Assembly (NCBI GenBank): GCA_048887225.1
Contig: JBHLJY010000006.1
Span: 1-64,000, forward strand
Length of the DNA: 64,000 bases
Reading direction: 5' to 3'
DNA from: Candidatus Hodarchaeota archaeon
GTDB taxonomy: Archaea; Asgardarchaeota; Lokiarchaeia; Sigyniarchaeales; SOKP01
Made by a program: the position numbers and the translations under genes. A model generated the notes under the pieces. The model searched no databases, was not told the DNA's origin, and saw only the letters and a list, made by a program, of their open reading frames with translations. This document shows positions 46,805 to 56,563 of this stretch, piece by piece (positions within the stretch are counted from its first letter, which is position 1; each line of letters starts with the position of its first letter).

Positions 46805-49618
46805 TCATCTTCGCAAAAGTTTATGTTTTATTTCTTTATTTTTATAATATAAAATAATTCCTAGTGGTATTATAATTGGAATCATATAAAAACAGATTAA
46901 ATTGATTGCTGACAATTCTATCTCGTATTCGAAATAATCTTTAAAAACGACTTCTTCAGAACTATCTTCAATTTCAATTTTGTAAGTTTTAATCCCAAAT
47001 TCATAAGGATTCCATGTCGGGAGAACTCCTTGTTCAATTCTGTTTTCTCCAGGAATTAACTCATTTATTTCTGTGTCTACCTTATCTCCGTTTATTAATA
47101 AAGAAAATTCCTCTGTTGACTCTTGATTGTTTTGAATAATTATTATAAAATAAGCATAAGTTCCTTGTGTGACTTTTTCAGGAAATTCAATACTGATTAC
47201 CTCTAAACTCGGAACGATTTCTACTGTTAATATTTCAGTGTAAAATGTCGTTTTTCCTTTTGAAATACTCATTTCTATTTCAATTGAACTAATTAAAATA
47301 ACAGAGGTAGTATAGACAAGGTATAATACGGTTCTTCTTTCATTTTCGTCCAATACAATTGATATATTAATGTCATGAATATATGTACCTGAAAAAATTA
47401 AATTCAAAGATTGTGTCTCATTCGGTAGGGCATTAATTAAATCTAAAAAAATCTTAACGCTATTTCCAGGCACTACTTTTTTACTATAAATCAAATTTGA
47501 ATACGTTAGTGCGTTTCTAATTTCTATGTCAATTTCTTTCTTTAAATAGAGTACTGTACCATTTATAAAAGTAAAAGTTATGTTCATCTTCCCAGGAGTC
47601 GCGTCATTTTTAACAGTAATATTAAACGCTATGGATGTTTGATTGTTATTTATAAATGTTATATTTTCACTTGTTACAGTAAATATCCCGTCTCCAAACA
47701 TTGTAACATTTAAAGTAAGATTGTAATTATAATTGCTATCGATTAGAATTGAAACATTAGTTTTTTCACCTTGGTATAACCATTCTCTTAATCCTGATAT
47801 TGAGATATAAGTTAAACCAGAAATGACGTTGAACGTTTTAGTTATAAATGCAAAACCAAAATAAGTCCAATTTGCATAGATATCTATTATATAACCATTA
47901 TCAAAAGGTAAGTTATCAGTTATTGGAAATTGTAAAGTTGTAGAGTTAGTGCTAAATGTACGTTTCGTGATATTGAAAATCGTATTATTAGGGTATCTGA
48001 AAATGTAGGTTATAGACGCTCCCGTAATGTTATCGTATCTTATGGTTTTGGTATCACTGGGGTTGAAAACGGTTATGTCTTTTTCAAAAGCATATACGGA
48101 TGTTAGATTTAATATATCTTGATTCATAATGCCCCCTCCTGCCGTAATGAGCGATGTTTCTAAAATCGTACTGTTATAACTTTCAAAAGCTTTTAAATAA
48201 GCTTCACATAATCTCAGATTAGAGTGTAAGTTTATATTTGTATTATCTACTGCTCCATGAGATGTTTTATGAGCGTCTATAGTAGCATTATAAAAATATT
48301 TTCTTAAGGATTCGAATAGTGTTATAGTTTTATTATAATAAGTAAAATTTCCAGAAACTTCGAATAGCCTTAAACAAGCTAGCATCATTAATGCATTTGC
48401 TTCAAGGTCGATTTTATTACTATTCGGCCTTCCAGACAAAGGATTCCAATTCTCTGCGTTATAAGTTTCATAAGCTTTATAAGTAGTATTCCATAGACCA
48501 CCATTACCACCACCAACAGTACTATCACGATTTATTCTATTGAAAAGTGCTGTGGCGTTTTTGTAATATAAAGAATTTGGATCCATTCCATTCATGATCC
48601 AGTATTCTAATAGCGCTAATATTCCTAACGCGTTTACAGATAAATACTTATAATTTCTAGGATCTGGGAAAGAAAAGGGACTCCAACTATAATTTGATTT
48701 ATAGTAAAAACCTTTACTAGTATTATCCCATGCTTTATTAACAAGTTTTTCCATCGTAATTTTTGCCAGATTATATGCGTCACCACTTACTTCCTGATTG
48801 CCTAATGCACTTTGATATCTATAGATCATAAAATTAGCTAATACAGCATATAAATTGCTTTTTATATCTTTATCTCCAGTTATAGATGAATTTGTCTCAT
48901 AAAAACCTTTATATGTGCTATCCCAAAATTCAGATGAATTGATAAGTCTGAACATTTGAATGATAGAATCTCTAGGAGTTTCACCATCAATACTAATACT
49001 GCCTATTTCATTTCCAATGTTTTCGAGCAAAAGGAAAATTGGCATTAAATTGTCGATTAAATGTCTCTCAACATCTATTATTTCTCCTGTAGTTCCGTTA
49101 ATCGATTTTATAAATCCATATTGACTAATGTTGTAATAATACCACAATGGCGTTGATTTTAAATATAAATATGCCTGAAAAGTATCACTTTCGTCATAAT
49201 CTTCCTTAACTAATGATTTGTACAAGAGTAAATTATCCAATGAATAAGTGGTGTTATCAATAACTATTCCTGTATTATCTGATTCACTTACATAGAGAGA
49301 TATATCATATGTTAGAGGAGATTTAAAATTGCTTTGAAAAAATGACCACATTTTACTAAAATTTATAGTATAAGGATCTTGAAGAAGACTGATGGCACCC
49401 TGAGATAATTTGAGACAATCTAAATTCTTTTCTAATTTTTCTTCTTTTAAGGAATTTCCTTCATTATTAAAATAATTACTTTGATAATTATTATTTTTAG
49501 TTGATAAAAAATTCAGTAAGAAGACTAATATAACGAATAGACATATTATTTTTTTAAAAACTTTCTTTTTTTCTTTTCTTCTGGCTCTTATTCCAGTTTT
49601 AAAAATAATACAACTCAT
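46805..49618 (-). CDS. Large membrane-anchored surface protein: helical-repeat (glycosidase-like alpha/alpha) domain plus Ig-like domains
   Basis: Repeated WD.T..GFY/LWN...AY motifs with NAL helices, dense sequons, C-terminal TM. Confidence 0.7.
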   Translation of the reverse strand: MSCIIFKTGIRARRKEKKKVFKKIICLFVILVFLLNFLSTKNNNYQSNYFNNEGNSLKEEKLEKNLDCLKLSQGAISLLQDPYTINFSKMWSFFQSNFKSPLTYDISLYVSESDNTGIVIDNTTYSLDNLLLYKSLVKEDYDESDTFQAYLYLKSTPLWYYYNISQYGFIKSINGTTGEIIDVERHLIDNLMPIFLLLENIGNEIGSISIDGETPRDSIIQMFRLINSSEFWDSTYKGFYETNSSITGDKDIKSNLYAVLANFMIYRYQSALGNQEVSGDAYNLAKITMEKLVNKAWDNTSKGFYYKSNYSWSPFSFPDPRNYKYLSVNALGILALLEYWIMNGMDPNSLYYKNATALFNRINRDSTVGGGNGGLWNTTYKAYETYNAENWNPLSGRPNSNKIDLEANALMMLACLRLFEVSGNFTYYNKTITLFESLRKYFYNATIDAHKTSHGAVDNTNINLHSNLRLCEAYLKAFESYNSTILETSLITAGGGIMNQDILNLTSVYAFEKDITVFNPSDTKTIRYDNITGASITYIFRYPNNTIFNITKRTFSTNSTTLQFPITDNLPFDNGYIIDIYANWTYFGFAFITKTFNVISGLTYISISGLREWLYQGEKTNVSILIDSNYNYNLTLNVTMFGDGIFTVTSENITFINNNQTSIAFNITVKNDATPGKMNITFTFINGTVLYLKKEIDIEIRNALTYSNLIYSKKVVPGNSVKIFLDLINALPNETQSLNLIFSGTYIHDINISIVLDENERRTVLYLVYTTSVILISSIEIEMSISKGKTTFYTEILTVEIVPSLEVISIEFPEKVTQGTYAYFIIIIQNNQESTEEFSLLINGDKVDTEINELIPGENRIEQGVLPTWNPYEFGIKTYKIEIEDSSEEVVFKDYFEYEIELSAINLICFYMIPIIIPLGIILYYKNKEIKHKLLRR

Positions 49619-49661
49619 TAAAACTTCTTTTTTTATCTAATAAATTAATTTCTAACCAAAG

Positions 49662-51176
49662 TTATATTTTTAAAAAATTATTTCCATTAAAAGATTTTTT
49701 TTTAATCGTTTCACTGATATCTGGAATGTTTATTCGAATTTGTTCCATAGTGTCTCTATCTCTAAGGGTTACAGTGTTGTCTTCCATCGAATCATAGTCT
49801 ATAGTAATACAAAATGGAGTACCTAACTCATCTTGCCTTCGGTACCTTTTACCAATTGATCCTGACTCATCGTAAAATGAACTAATACGGTTTTCTAGTA
49901 AATCTTTATGGATTTTCATCGCTAAATTTCTTATGTTCTCTTTATTCCTTACAAGAGGAAATACGGCAACTGTATTTGGAGCTAAGATTGGAGGTAATTT
50001 CAAATTGATTCTGCCATCTTCCACATTGAAAGCGGCCTCAAGTAATGTATATATAATTCTATCAGGTCCAAAAGCAACCTCAAGAATTTGTGGTATTTCT
50101 TTGAGTTTTGGGTCAGGACTCATACTTATTTCAAAGTTTTGTTTAGAAAATTCTCCATGTTGCCTTAGATCATAATCTGTTCTGTCATGTATTCCACATA
50201 TCTCAACCCAGTCAAACTGCTGAGTTTTAATTTCTAAATCCCACGCATCATCAGCATAATGGGACCTTTCATATGGAGAATGCTGTCTAATCCTAATAAT
50301 TTCATTAGGGTACCCTAAAATTTTTGTTAAATAATATCCTAAATAGAGACAATAAGCATAAGCAGGTTTTTTAATAATTTTAGTATTTATCGCTTCTTCG
50401 AGAGAGATTAGATTTGGTTTATATACATTTTCAATTTGAAGTTTCCAATCCAATAAAGGTAATTTATTTATTTTAACCTCTCCGTATTCATCGAAATTCA
50501 TCTCTTGCTCTTTGCCTATGAATAATTGTATTTCAAGTTGATCAAATGCCCTCATTCGGAGGATCTGTTGCCTTGGAGAGATCTCATTTCTATAAGCTTT
50601 TCCATATTGAAAAATTTTAATTGGATATTGCTTTCTTGCATCTTGATTTAGTCTATTAAATAAAAGATAAGTTGTTGTAGCGGTTTCAGGACGTAAATAA
50701 GCAATTTTATTATGTCCTACTTGGGTTTTTAACATTAAATTATATTTTTCGATTTTTTTAAAGGGTGTATCACATTTAGGACATGAGAGATCATTTTTTT
50801 TTATTAATTCTTCCATTTGTTCAAATGATAAGCCGTCTATTGTAAGATCTGGTAAATTTTCATAAATAAATTTATCCGCTCTTACTAATTTACTGCATTT
50901 CTCACATCTTAGCACCGGATCTATAAATCTATCTAAATGACCCGAGGCTTTCCATACAATTTCAGGCATAATCGTAGGACACTCTATTTCTCCAAATCCA
51001 AAAGCTCTTAATTCCTTTCTAAAAAGAGAAAGAATATTATTCTTAAGAGCCATCCCCGCAGGACCGTAACTCCAAAAACCTGCAAAACCACCATAAATTT
51101 CTGGTGAAGGTCCCCAAATGAATCCGCGTCGACGAATTAATGAATTGAATGTCTCTATATTATCTACTATTTTCAT
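49662..51176 (-). CDS. glyS: Glycine--tRNA ligase (archaeal/eukaryotic alpha2 type)
   Basis: RRRGF, IYGG, WKASGH, YLRPETA, RNEISPR, RTDYDL, SIGKRYRRQDELGTP. Confidence 0.95.
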   Translation of the reverse strand: MKIVDNIETFNSLIRRRGFIWGPSPEIYGGFAGFWSYGPAGMALKNNILSLFRKELRAFGFGEIECPTIMPEIVWKASGHLDRFIDPVLRCEKCSKLVRADKFIYENLPDLTIDGLSFEQMEELIKKNDLSCPKCDTPFKKIEKYNLMLKTQVGHNKIAYLRPETATTTYLLFNRLNQDARKQYPIKIFQYGKAYRNEISPRQQILRMRAFDQLEIQLFIGKEQEMNFDEYGEVKINKLPLLDWKLQIENVYKPNLISLEEAINTKIIKKPAYAYCLYLGYYLTKILGYPNEIIRIRQHSPYERSHYADDAWDLEIKTQQFDWVEICGIHDRTDYDLRQHGEFSKQNFEISMSPDPKLKEIPQILEVAFGPDRIIYTLLEAAFNVEDGRINLKLPPILAPNTVAVFPLVRNKENIRNLAMKIHKDLLENRISSFYDESGSIGKRYRRQDELGTPFCITIDYDSMEDNTVTLRDRDTMEQIRINIPDISETIKKKSFNGNNFLKI

Positions 51177-51318
51177 TTTTTGTGCATTTTTATTGTGATT
51201 GTTTTAAAGAATTAATCATAATTTTTGTAATTTTAGAATTAGAAAAAATATAAATTTTAATATAATAAAAAGATAAAAATAATATTAAAAGAAAATTAAA
51301 TTAAAAAATTGATTAATC

Positions 51319-52137
51319 ATGATTCTTGAAAATTTTAGATACTATGATTTTTATGATGCCATTGAAATGGGCTTATATTTCGTTATAGTTGGCTATTATT
51401 TTCTTCTTTTTGCGTTTTTCTTAACAATGAGATTTAGAACTTCTAAAAAATTATATTGGTTATTCTTCTCGATTTTATTTCTATGTTTAGCTACCGCAAG
51501 AGTGTTTTTTATTGCTTATTATTTCTTTATTCCAGAAATGAGTGTATCAAAAGTAGAATTAATACAGTATTTAATGCTAACTTATCGTTTAGCAACTCTT
51601 TTTTCATGGCTTGCAATAGCCTGTTTTATGGGAGTATTAGGAATACTTTTATTTCCGCCTGAAGCAGTTGAGGAAACAGAGAGCTCTGGGAAAAAAAGTT
51701 TTCTTAGTCCAAATCTAAAAATCGCAATAAGACTATTATTTATTGCTATTCCGGTTTTTGTGGGAGTTCTAGCATTCATAATGCCTGACAGTTTATTAAT
51801 GGATCCTGATATTGCTGAGGAATATAATTTAGATATCCGTATCCAGAAAATTTGGGGATATCCTATTGGGAGATTTATATTACTAGTATTAGTGGTTATA
51901 TTCATATTTATAATTCCATTCTTATTCCTTTATTTAGCTATAAAAACTTATGGAGTTCTACGGAAATCCTATTTATTAAATGCTATTGGTATATTGCTTT
52001 ATTATATTGGTAGAATACTACAAGGTGCATTTGAAATATTAGAATGGCCTCATTTTGAAGCAACTGTCCCTCCCTTAATAATTCTATGTGCTCTTTTAAT
52101 AATCGTAATTGCGAATAATTACGAGCAATTGAGGTAA
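51319..52137 (+). CDS. Stand-alone 7-TM membrane protein
   Basis: Seven hydrophobic segments by eye; no soluble output domain. Confidence 0.7.
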   Translation: MILENFRYYDFYDAIEMGLYFVIVGYYFLLFAFFLTMRFRTSKKLYWLFFSILFLCLATARVFFIAYYFFIPEMSVSKVELIQYLMLTYRLATLFSWLAIACFMGVLGILLFPPEAVEETESSGKKSFLSPNLKIAIRLLFIAIPVFVGVLAFIMPDSLLMDPDIAEEYNLDIRIQKIWGYPIGRFILLVLVVIFIFIIPFLFLYLAIKTYGVLRKSYLLNAIGILLYYIGRILQGAFEILEWPHFEATVPPLIILCALLIIVIANNYEQLR

Positions 52138-52252
52138 AAAACGAAAATATTCCACCAATTTTTTTTTGATGAAAATGGAATAATTATTTATAAGTAAGCG
52201 AGGTTGTTTAAAAATTTCGATTCATGGAAATCAATTCCTGCTTCCATTTCTG

Positions 52253-53842
52253 ATGCGAAAAACCCCTGATGCTCCAATTGTAGATGAAAATGCTGAATTG
52301 GCTCTTGTATTTTATTTGTTAACTAAAAACTTTGATTATAAAAACGAGAAAATTTTGTCATTTTCGAGATTATTATGGCCACTTTTGAGTATTCAAGGTG
52401 TTATTTCTACTCATATATTTCTTGATGGAATCAAAATATTTTCAAAGAAAGGAAAATTTAGCAATCCTCCACGTCAACCTCTTATAGGTCATATCTTAAG
52501 AAATATTGACGAGAGGAGCGAGATTGAATTATTAAGTAGAATTATTGATGTTTTAACATATAAGGATGCTAAGGCAGAGGAGATTGGAAGTGGAGAGGAA
52601 TCTGAATATCAGACTCTCGAAGTAGAGGGATTAATCAACCCAGATCATCTTCAGTCGCTTTTAAAATTAATTCCTCACTTAGAATATTTACCAATAACAG
52701 ATTATGTTCCTTTAGATACAACTTTAAATACTGAAAATGCTCTAGATGTTTCTGAAAAATATAGATCTTATATAGATACTATGAAAGGAAATGCGCGAAG
52801 ATGGGAGACTCAAGTCAAACTAATTAATGCCGAAATAGAAAAGTGGATGACCAATTTAAATGTAAAAATTAAAGATGTAGAATTGCTATTTTCTTCTCAA
52901 ATAAGTAAAATTAAGGAAGGTTTTGACGAAGGACAATTGAAAACACAGAAAGAAATCGATTTTGATAAAGTTGAACAATGGAATGTAAGCGAAAAAAAGA
53001 AGATAATTGAAAATATTTCAGTATTATTTAAGACTGCGGAAAAACAATTGCAAGAAATTATTAAGAAAAATCGATTTTTTAGCTCTGAAGAATCTTTTAA
53101 ATCTAAAGTATTTGAAGATCTTTTAAATCCTTACGAAGAACATTTTAATTATTTAAAAGAAGAAAGTAAAAAATTTGAGGATTCAATTGAGTCGCTTTAT
53201 CAAAAATATATTGAATTAAAAAAACAAGCCATAAAAGTTGATAACGACACAGCTATGAAGCTGCATGATGTTACAACAGAGTTAAATAAAAAATTGGAAG
53301 ATCGAAATAAGCAACTATCTGAATTTAAACAACAAAAAGAAGATAACTTGTCTGAACTAATCTCTTTAAAAACAAAAATTGAAAGTCTATTTTCCGAAAT
53401 TAAAGAACTCTGTCAGAATAAAATTAAGAATTGCTTACAAGAAGCAGAAGACCTAACTGGATGGTCTATTCAAGACACACATGATGAGTTGTTCTCTAAG
53501 CCCGTTCAATGGATTTACATGCCATTTTACGCAATGTTTAAGGAGAACGAAGAGCAAATGGAAGAACAAATGGATGTGGTTTTTCCAGGCTACATTAACA
53601 TAGATCCTACTTCGCTCTACGAAGATCTCTCTGATTCCTTTACAGAATTAAAAAAAATATTATTAAAAAGAATTGAAGATGACGTCAAAATTCGATCAAA
53701 TTTCGAATTTTCTTGTGATAGAAAAAATTTCATAAAAGATTTAAATTATAAAAAGCAAATCCAACAAGGTATTTCAATTTTAAAGAGTAAAAAATTATTT
53801 AATGGCGAAATTGAGGCTAATATTCTTAAATTATTACCATAA
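52253..53842 (+). CDS. Hypothetical protein with long central coiled coil (start possibly ATT 52214)
   Basis: 529-aa ORF, heptad-rich at roughly aa 170-400, with globular ends. Confidence 0.75.
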   Translation: MRKTPDAPIVDENAELALVFYLLTKNFDYKNEKILSFSRLLWPLLSIQGVISTHIFLDGIKIFSKKGKFSNPPRQPLIGHILRNIDERSEIELLSRIIDVLTYKDAKAEEIGSGEESEYQTLEVEGLINPDHLQSLLKLIPHLEYLPITDYVPLDTTLNTENALDVSEKYRSYIDTMKGNARRWETQVKLINAEIEKWMTNLNVKIKDVELLFSSQISKIKEGFDEGQLKTQKEIDFDKVEQWNVSEKKKIIENISVLFKTAEKQLQEIIKKNRFFSSEESFKSKVFEDLLNPYEEHFNYLKEESKKFEDSIESLYQKYIELKKQAIKVDNDTAMKLHDVTTELNKKLEDRNKQLSEFKQQKEDNLSELISLKTKIESLFSEIKELCQNKIKNCLQEAEDLTGWSIQDTHDELFSKPVQWIYMPFYAMFKENEEQMEEQMDVVFPGYINIDPTSLYEDLSDSFTELKKILLKRIEDDVKIRSNFEFSCDRKNFIKDLNYKKQIQQGISILKSKKLFNGEIEANILKLLP

Positions 53843-53865
53843 GTTCTTTATTTATCATAATAACG

Positions 53866-54519
53866 ATGCCAAAATCTAAGTTAGACCTTAAAAAAAAAAG
53901 AATTAGAGAATTTTTTTCAACTTTTGAGACGAAAAAGAAAGATGAGATCGAGAAAGAGATCTATGAAAAGGGCATGGTTTACACACAAATGCGATTACCT
54001 GTAGAATTAATCACTAAAGAATTTGAAGACTCGTTGAAACTGAAAATTGAGCAGAACATTATCCAAGCAAGAATTCGAGTGGCTACGGAAGCAGACCTTG
54101 AAAGTATTATGAACCTTTACAATAAAAGTTGGTTAACTTCAAATACTCCTTTTAGACCAATAACTAAAAATTCTTTAAAAGTAATTTTTGAGGATAAAGA
54201 CACTATTTTTTTAATTGCTAAAGTATATGGTAAAGATGCTGGTTTTATAATTTTGGATTTTGAGGGTGATAATAATGAATATGGTATAATTGCGGGACTA
54301 GGAATAATCCCTCGCTTTCAACATAAAGGTTTGGGAACAATATTAGGTATGGCTGCATGGAATCATTTGAAGGAGTTAAAGGATAAGAAGATTAAAGAGC
54401 TTAGGTGTGAAGTCTACAAAGATAATGAAATTTCGTATTCCTTTATTAAAGCACTCGGCTTTAAAGAATTTGGTAAAGTTGTTTATACAAAGTCAGACTT
54501 TTCAATAGACGAGGAATAG
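53866..54519 (+). CDS. GNAT acetyltransferase with N-terminal extension
   Basis: IRVATEADL, LGIIPRFQHKGLGT, N..SYSFIKALGF. Confidence 0.85.
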   Translation: MPKSKLDLKKKRIREFFSTFETKKKDEIEKEIYEKGMVYTQMRLPVELITKEFEDSLKLKIEQNIIQARIRVATEADLESIMNLYNKSWLTSNTPFRPITKNSLKVIFEDKDTIFLIAKVYGKDAGFIILDFEGDNNEYGIIAGLGIIPRFQHKGLGTILGMAAWNHLKELKDKKIKELRCEVYKDNEISYSFIKALGFKEFGKVVYTKSDFSIDEE

Positions 54520-54594
54520 GATAGAGTTTTTTTTATTTATAATGTAGATTTATTAGAAAAAATTAAATTTTTTAAAATCCTTGCGATATTAACT

Positions 54595-55260
54595 ATGCAA
54601 GAAACTAAAGAGAGTTTTAAGCAAAAAAGAATAAGAACATTTTTTCTTTCTTTTGAATCAAGTTCAAAAAGAAGTGAATCAATTGAGAAAATCCAAGAGG
54701 AAATTGAAGACATTGGTTTAATTTATATCCAAATGAGATTACCAGTTGAAAAAATAACACCAGAATACGAAGCAGAGGTGAACAAAAAAGTAGAACACAA
54801 TATTCTTCGCGCAAAGATAAGAGAAGCAACGGAAGAAGATTTAGAGAACATAATGAATTTATATAATAAGGCGTGGTTGACTTCAAATACACCTTTCTCT
54901 CGCATAACAGTTAATTCTCTGGCGGAAATAAGCAAATATCCTGACACCGTAATTCTTATTGCAAAAGTCTATGGTATTGATGGCGGTTTTATCATTCTTG
55001 ATTACGAAGGACCTAATAATGAATATGGAGTAATCGCAGGACTAGGAATTTTACCACGATTTCAGCGCAAAGGTTTAGGTACAGTTCTTGGTTTAGCGAG
55101 TTGGAAATATTTTAAAGAAAAAGGGATAAAAGAACTCAGATGTGAAGTATATATTGAGAATAAGGCGTCTTACAATTTTATTAAGTCATTAGGGTTCGAG
55201 GAGTATGGGAAAAAATGTTATAGAAACAATGATTTCATTGATGAAGAACAATCCTTATAA
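54595..55260 (+). CDS. GNAT acetyltransferase, tandem paralog
   Basis: IREATEEDL, LGILPRFQRKGLGT, NKASYNFIKSLGF. Confidence 0.85.
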   Translation: MQETKESFKQKRIRTFFLSFESSSKRSESIEKIQEEIEDIGLIYIQMRLPVEKITPEYEAEVNKKVEHNILRAKIREATEEDLENIMNLYNKAWLTSNTPFSRITVNSLAEISKYPDTVILIAKVYGIDGGFIILDYEGPNNEYGVIAGLGILPRFQRKGLGTVLGLASWKYFKEKGIKELRCEVYIENKASYNFIKSLGFEEYGKKCYRNNDFIDEEQSL

Positions 55261-55338
55261 ATAATTTATTTTCATATTAGAAGATTATCTTATTTTAAAA
55301 TTCTATTAATTAAATAATAAATATAAAAAGTCCCTTAA

Positions 55339-56547
55339 ATGAATTCAAAAGAAAATCTCAATAAAAATTATACTAAACTTGAAAAAGGAGAATTAAACAA
55401 TGTATATACGAAAAGAATTCATTCTATAGATTTTCTCAAAGGTGTCGCTATTTATATTATAATTTTGATAAATACAGCAGAAATATGGATTAATAAAGAG
55501 TCAAGATTTGTTTATGCTATAATTTATTTGTACTTAGACGTCATTGGTACTTCTTTGTTTATATTTTTATTTTCTTTATCTGTGATATTTTTATGGAAAA
55601 AGAAGATGGGTATAAGCCCTAGTAAAGAAATCCGCAATGATATACTAACGAGAGGATTAATTTTAATTATTTTAGGTATTGGGTATAATATAATATCAAC
55701 ATCAATTACATTAAATATGCCACTACCACTTAACTTATGGGGTTGGAATATACTTATCTTCATTGGATTTGCTCAAATAATTAGTTATTACGCTGTTAAA
55801 TTATCCAGAGGTGCTAGGTGGATCATTGGTTTCTTATTTTTTTTTGCTAGTACCCCAATAAGAGAGTTATTAATTTTAGGTAAAAATACTAATCAAATCG
55901 TTAGTATTTTACACTTTATAATTATATCTCCTAATCCACAGACTACAATTCTACCCTATATTGCATTATGCTTTTTTTCAACAATTTTTGGAGAACGACT
56001 TTTAGAATGCTTACAATTAGATGCGAAAGTATGTAATTTAGAGACTTTTCATACTTTAATAATATTTGGTTTTATTTTCTTATTTATTGGAATATCTTAT
56101 GGTTATGGATTAGTAACACCAGAAATTCTCGATCCCGAGGATTATCCAATGATTAAACTCATCCCAATTTTAGAAACTCAATCATTTTTTCCGTTATCAA
56201 AAGTCCCAGGATATTTAATAAGAGGAACTGCACCAAACTTGCTTTATGGATTAGGAGTGGCATTAATAATTCTTGGATGCACATTTTATCTTCTCGATAT
56301 TTTGTATGTACAAAATGCTATAATTAAAATGTTCGATTTTTATGGAAAGGTTTCATTAAGTCTTTTTTTCATTCATTGTGTTGGGTTGTTATTCTTTATT
56401 CAGCAATTAACAATTGTTGTTTTTTTTATCGCCTATTTCTTTTATATTGGATTTTTAGGACTGTTAATGTATCTGTGGTTTAGATATGCTAAAGGAGTTG
56501 GCACTCTAAAATGGCTCATATCCAAGACAAGCTCTCGCCACAAATAA
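55339..56547 (+). CDS. DUF1624/HGSNAT-like membrane acyltransferase-fold protein
   Basis: RIHSIDFLKGVAI, RGLILIILG, WNILIFIG, YGKVSLSLFFIH; ~10 TM. Confidence 0.75.
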   Translation: MNSKENLNKNYTKLEKGELNNVYTKRIHSIDFLKGVAIYIIILINTAEIWINKESRFVYAIIYLYLDVIGTSLFIFLFSLSVIFLWKKKMGISPSKEIRNDILTRGLILIILGIGYNIISTSITLNMPLPLNLWGWNILIFIGFAQIISYYAVKLSRGARWIIGFLFFFASTPIRELLILGKNTNQIVSILHFIIISPNPQTTILPYIALCFFSTIFGERLLECLQLDAKVCNLETFHTLIIFGFIFLFIGISYGYGLVTPEILDPEDYPMIKLIPILETQSFFPLSKVPGYLIRGTAPNLLYGLGVALIILGCTFYLLDILYVQNAIIKMFDFYGKVSLSLFFIHCVGLLFFIQQLTIVVFFIAYFFYIGFLGLLMYLWFRYAKGVGTLKWLISKTSSRHK

Positions 56548-56563
56548 TTATTTGTTAATAGGA

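Noticed and set aside
52176-52191. Operator-like TGGAATAATTATTTAT outside the island
   Set aside because: 13/16 match, better explained as an ordinary TATA region.
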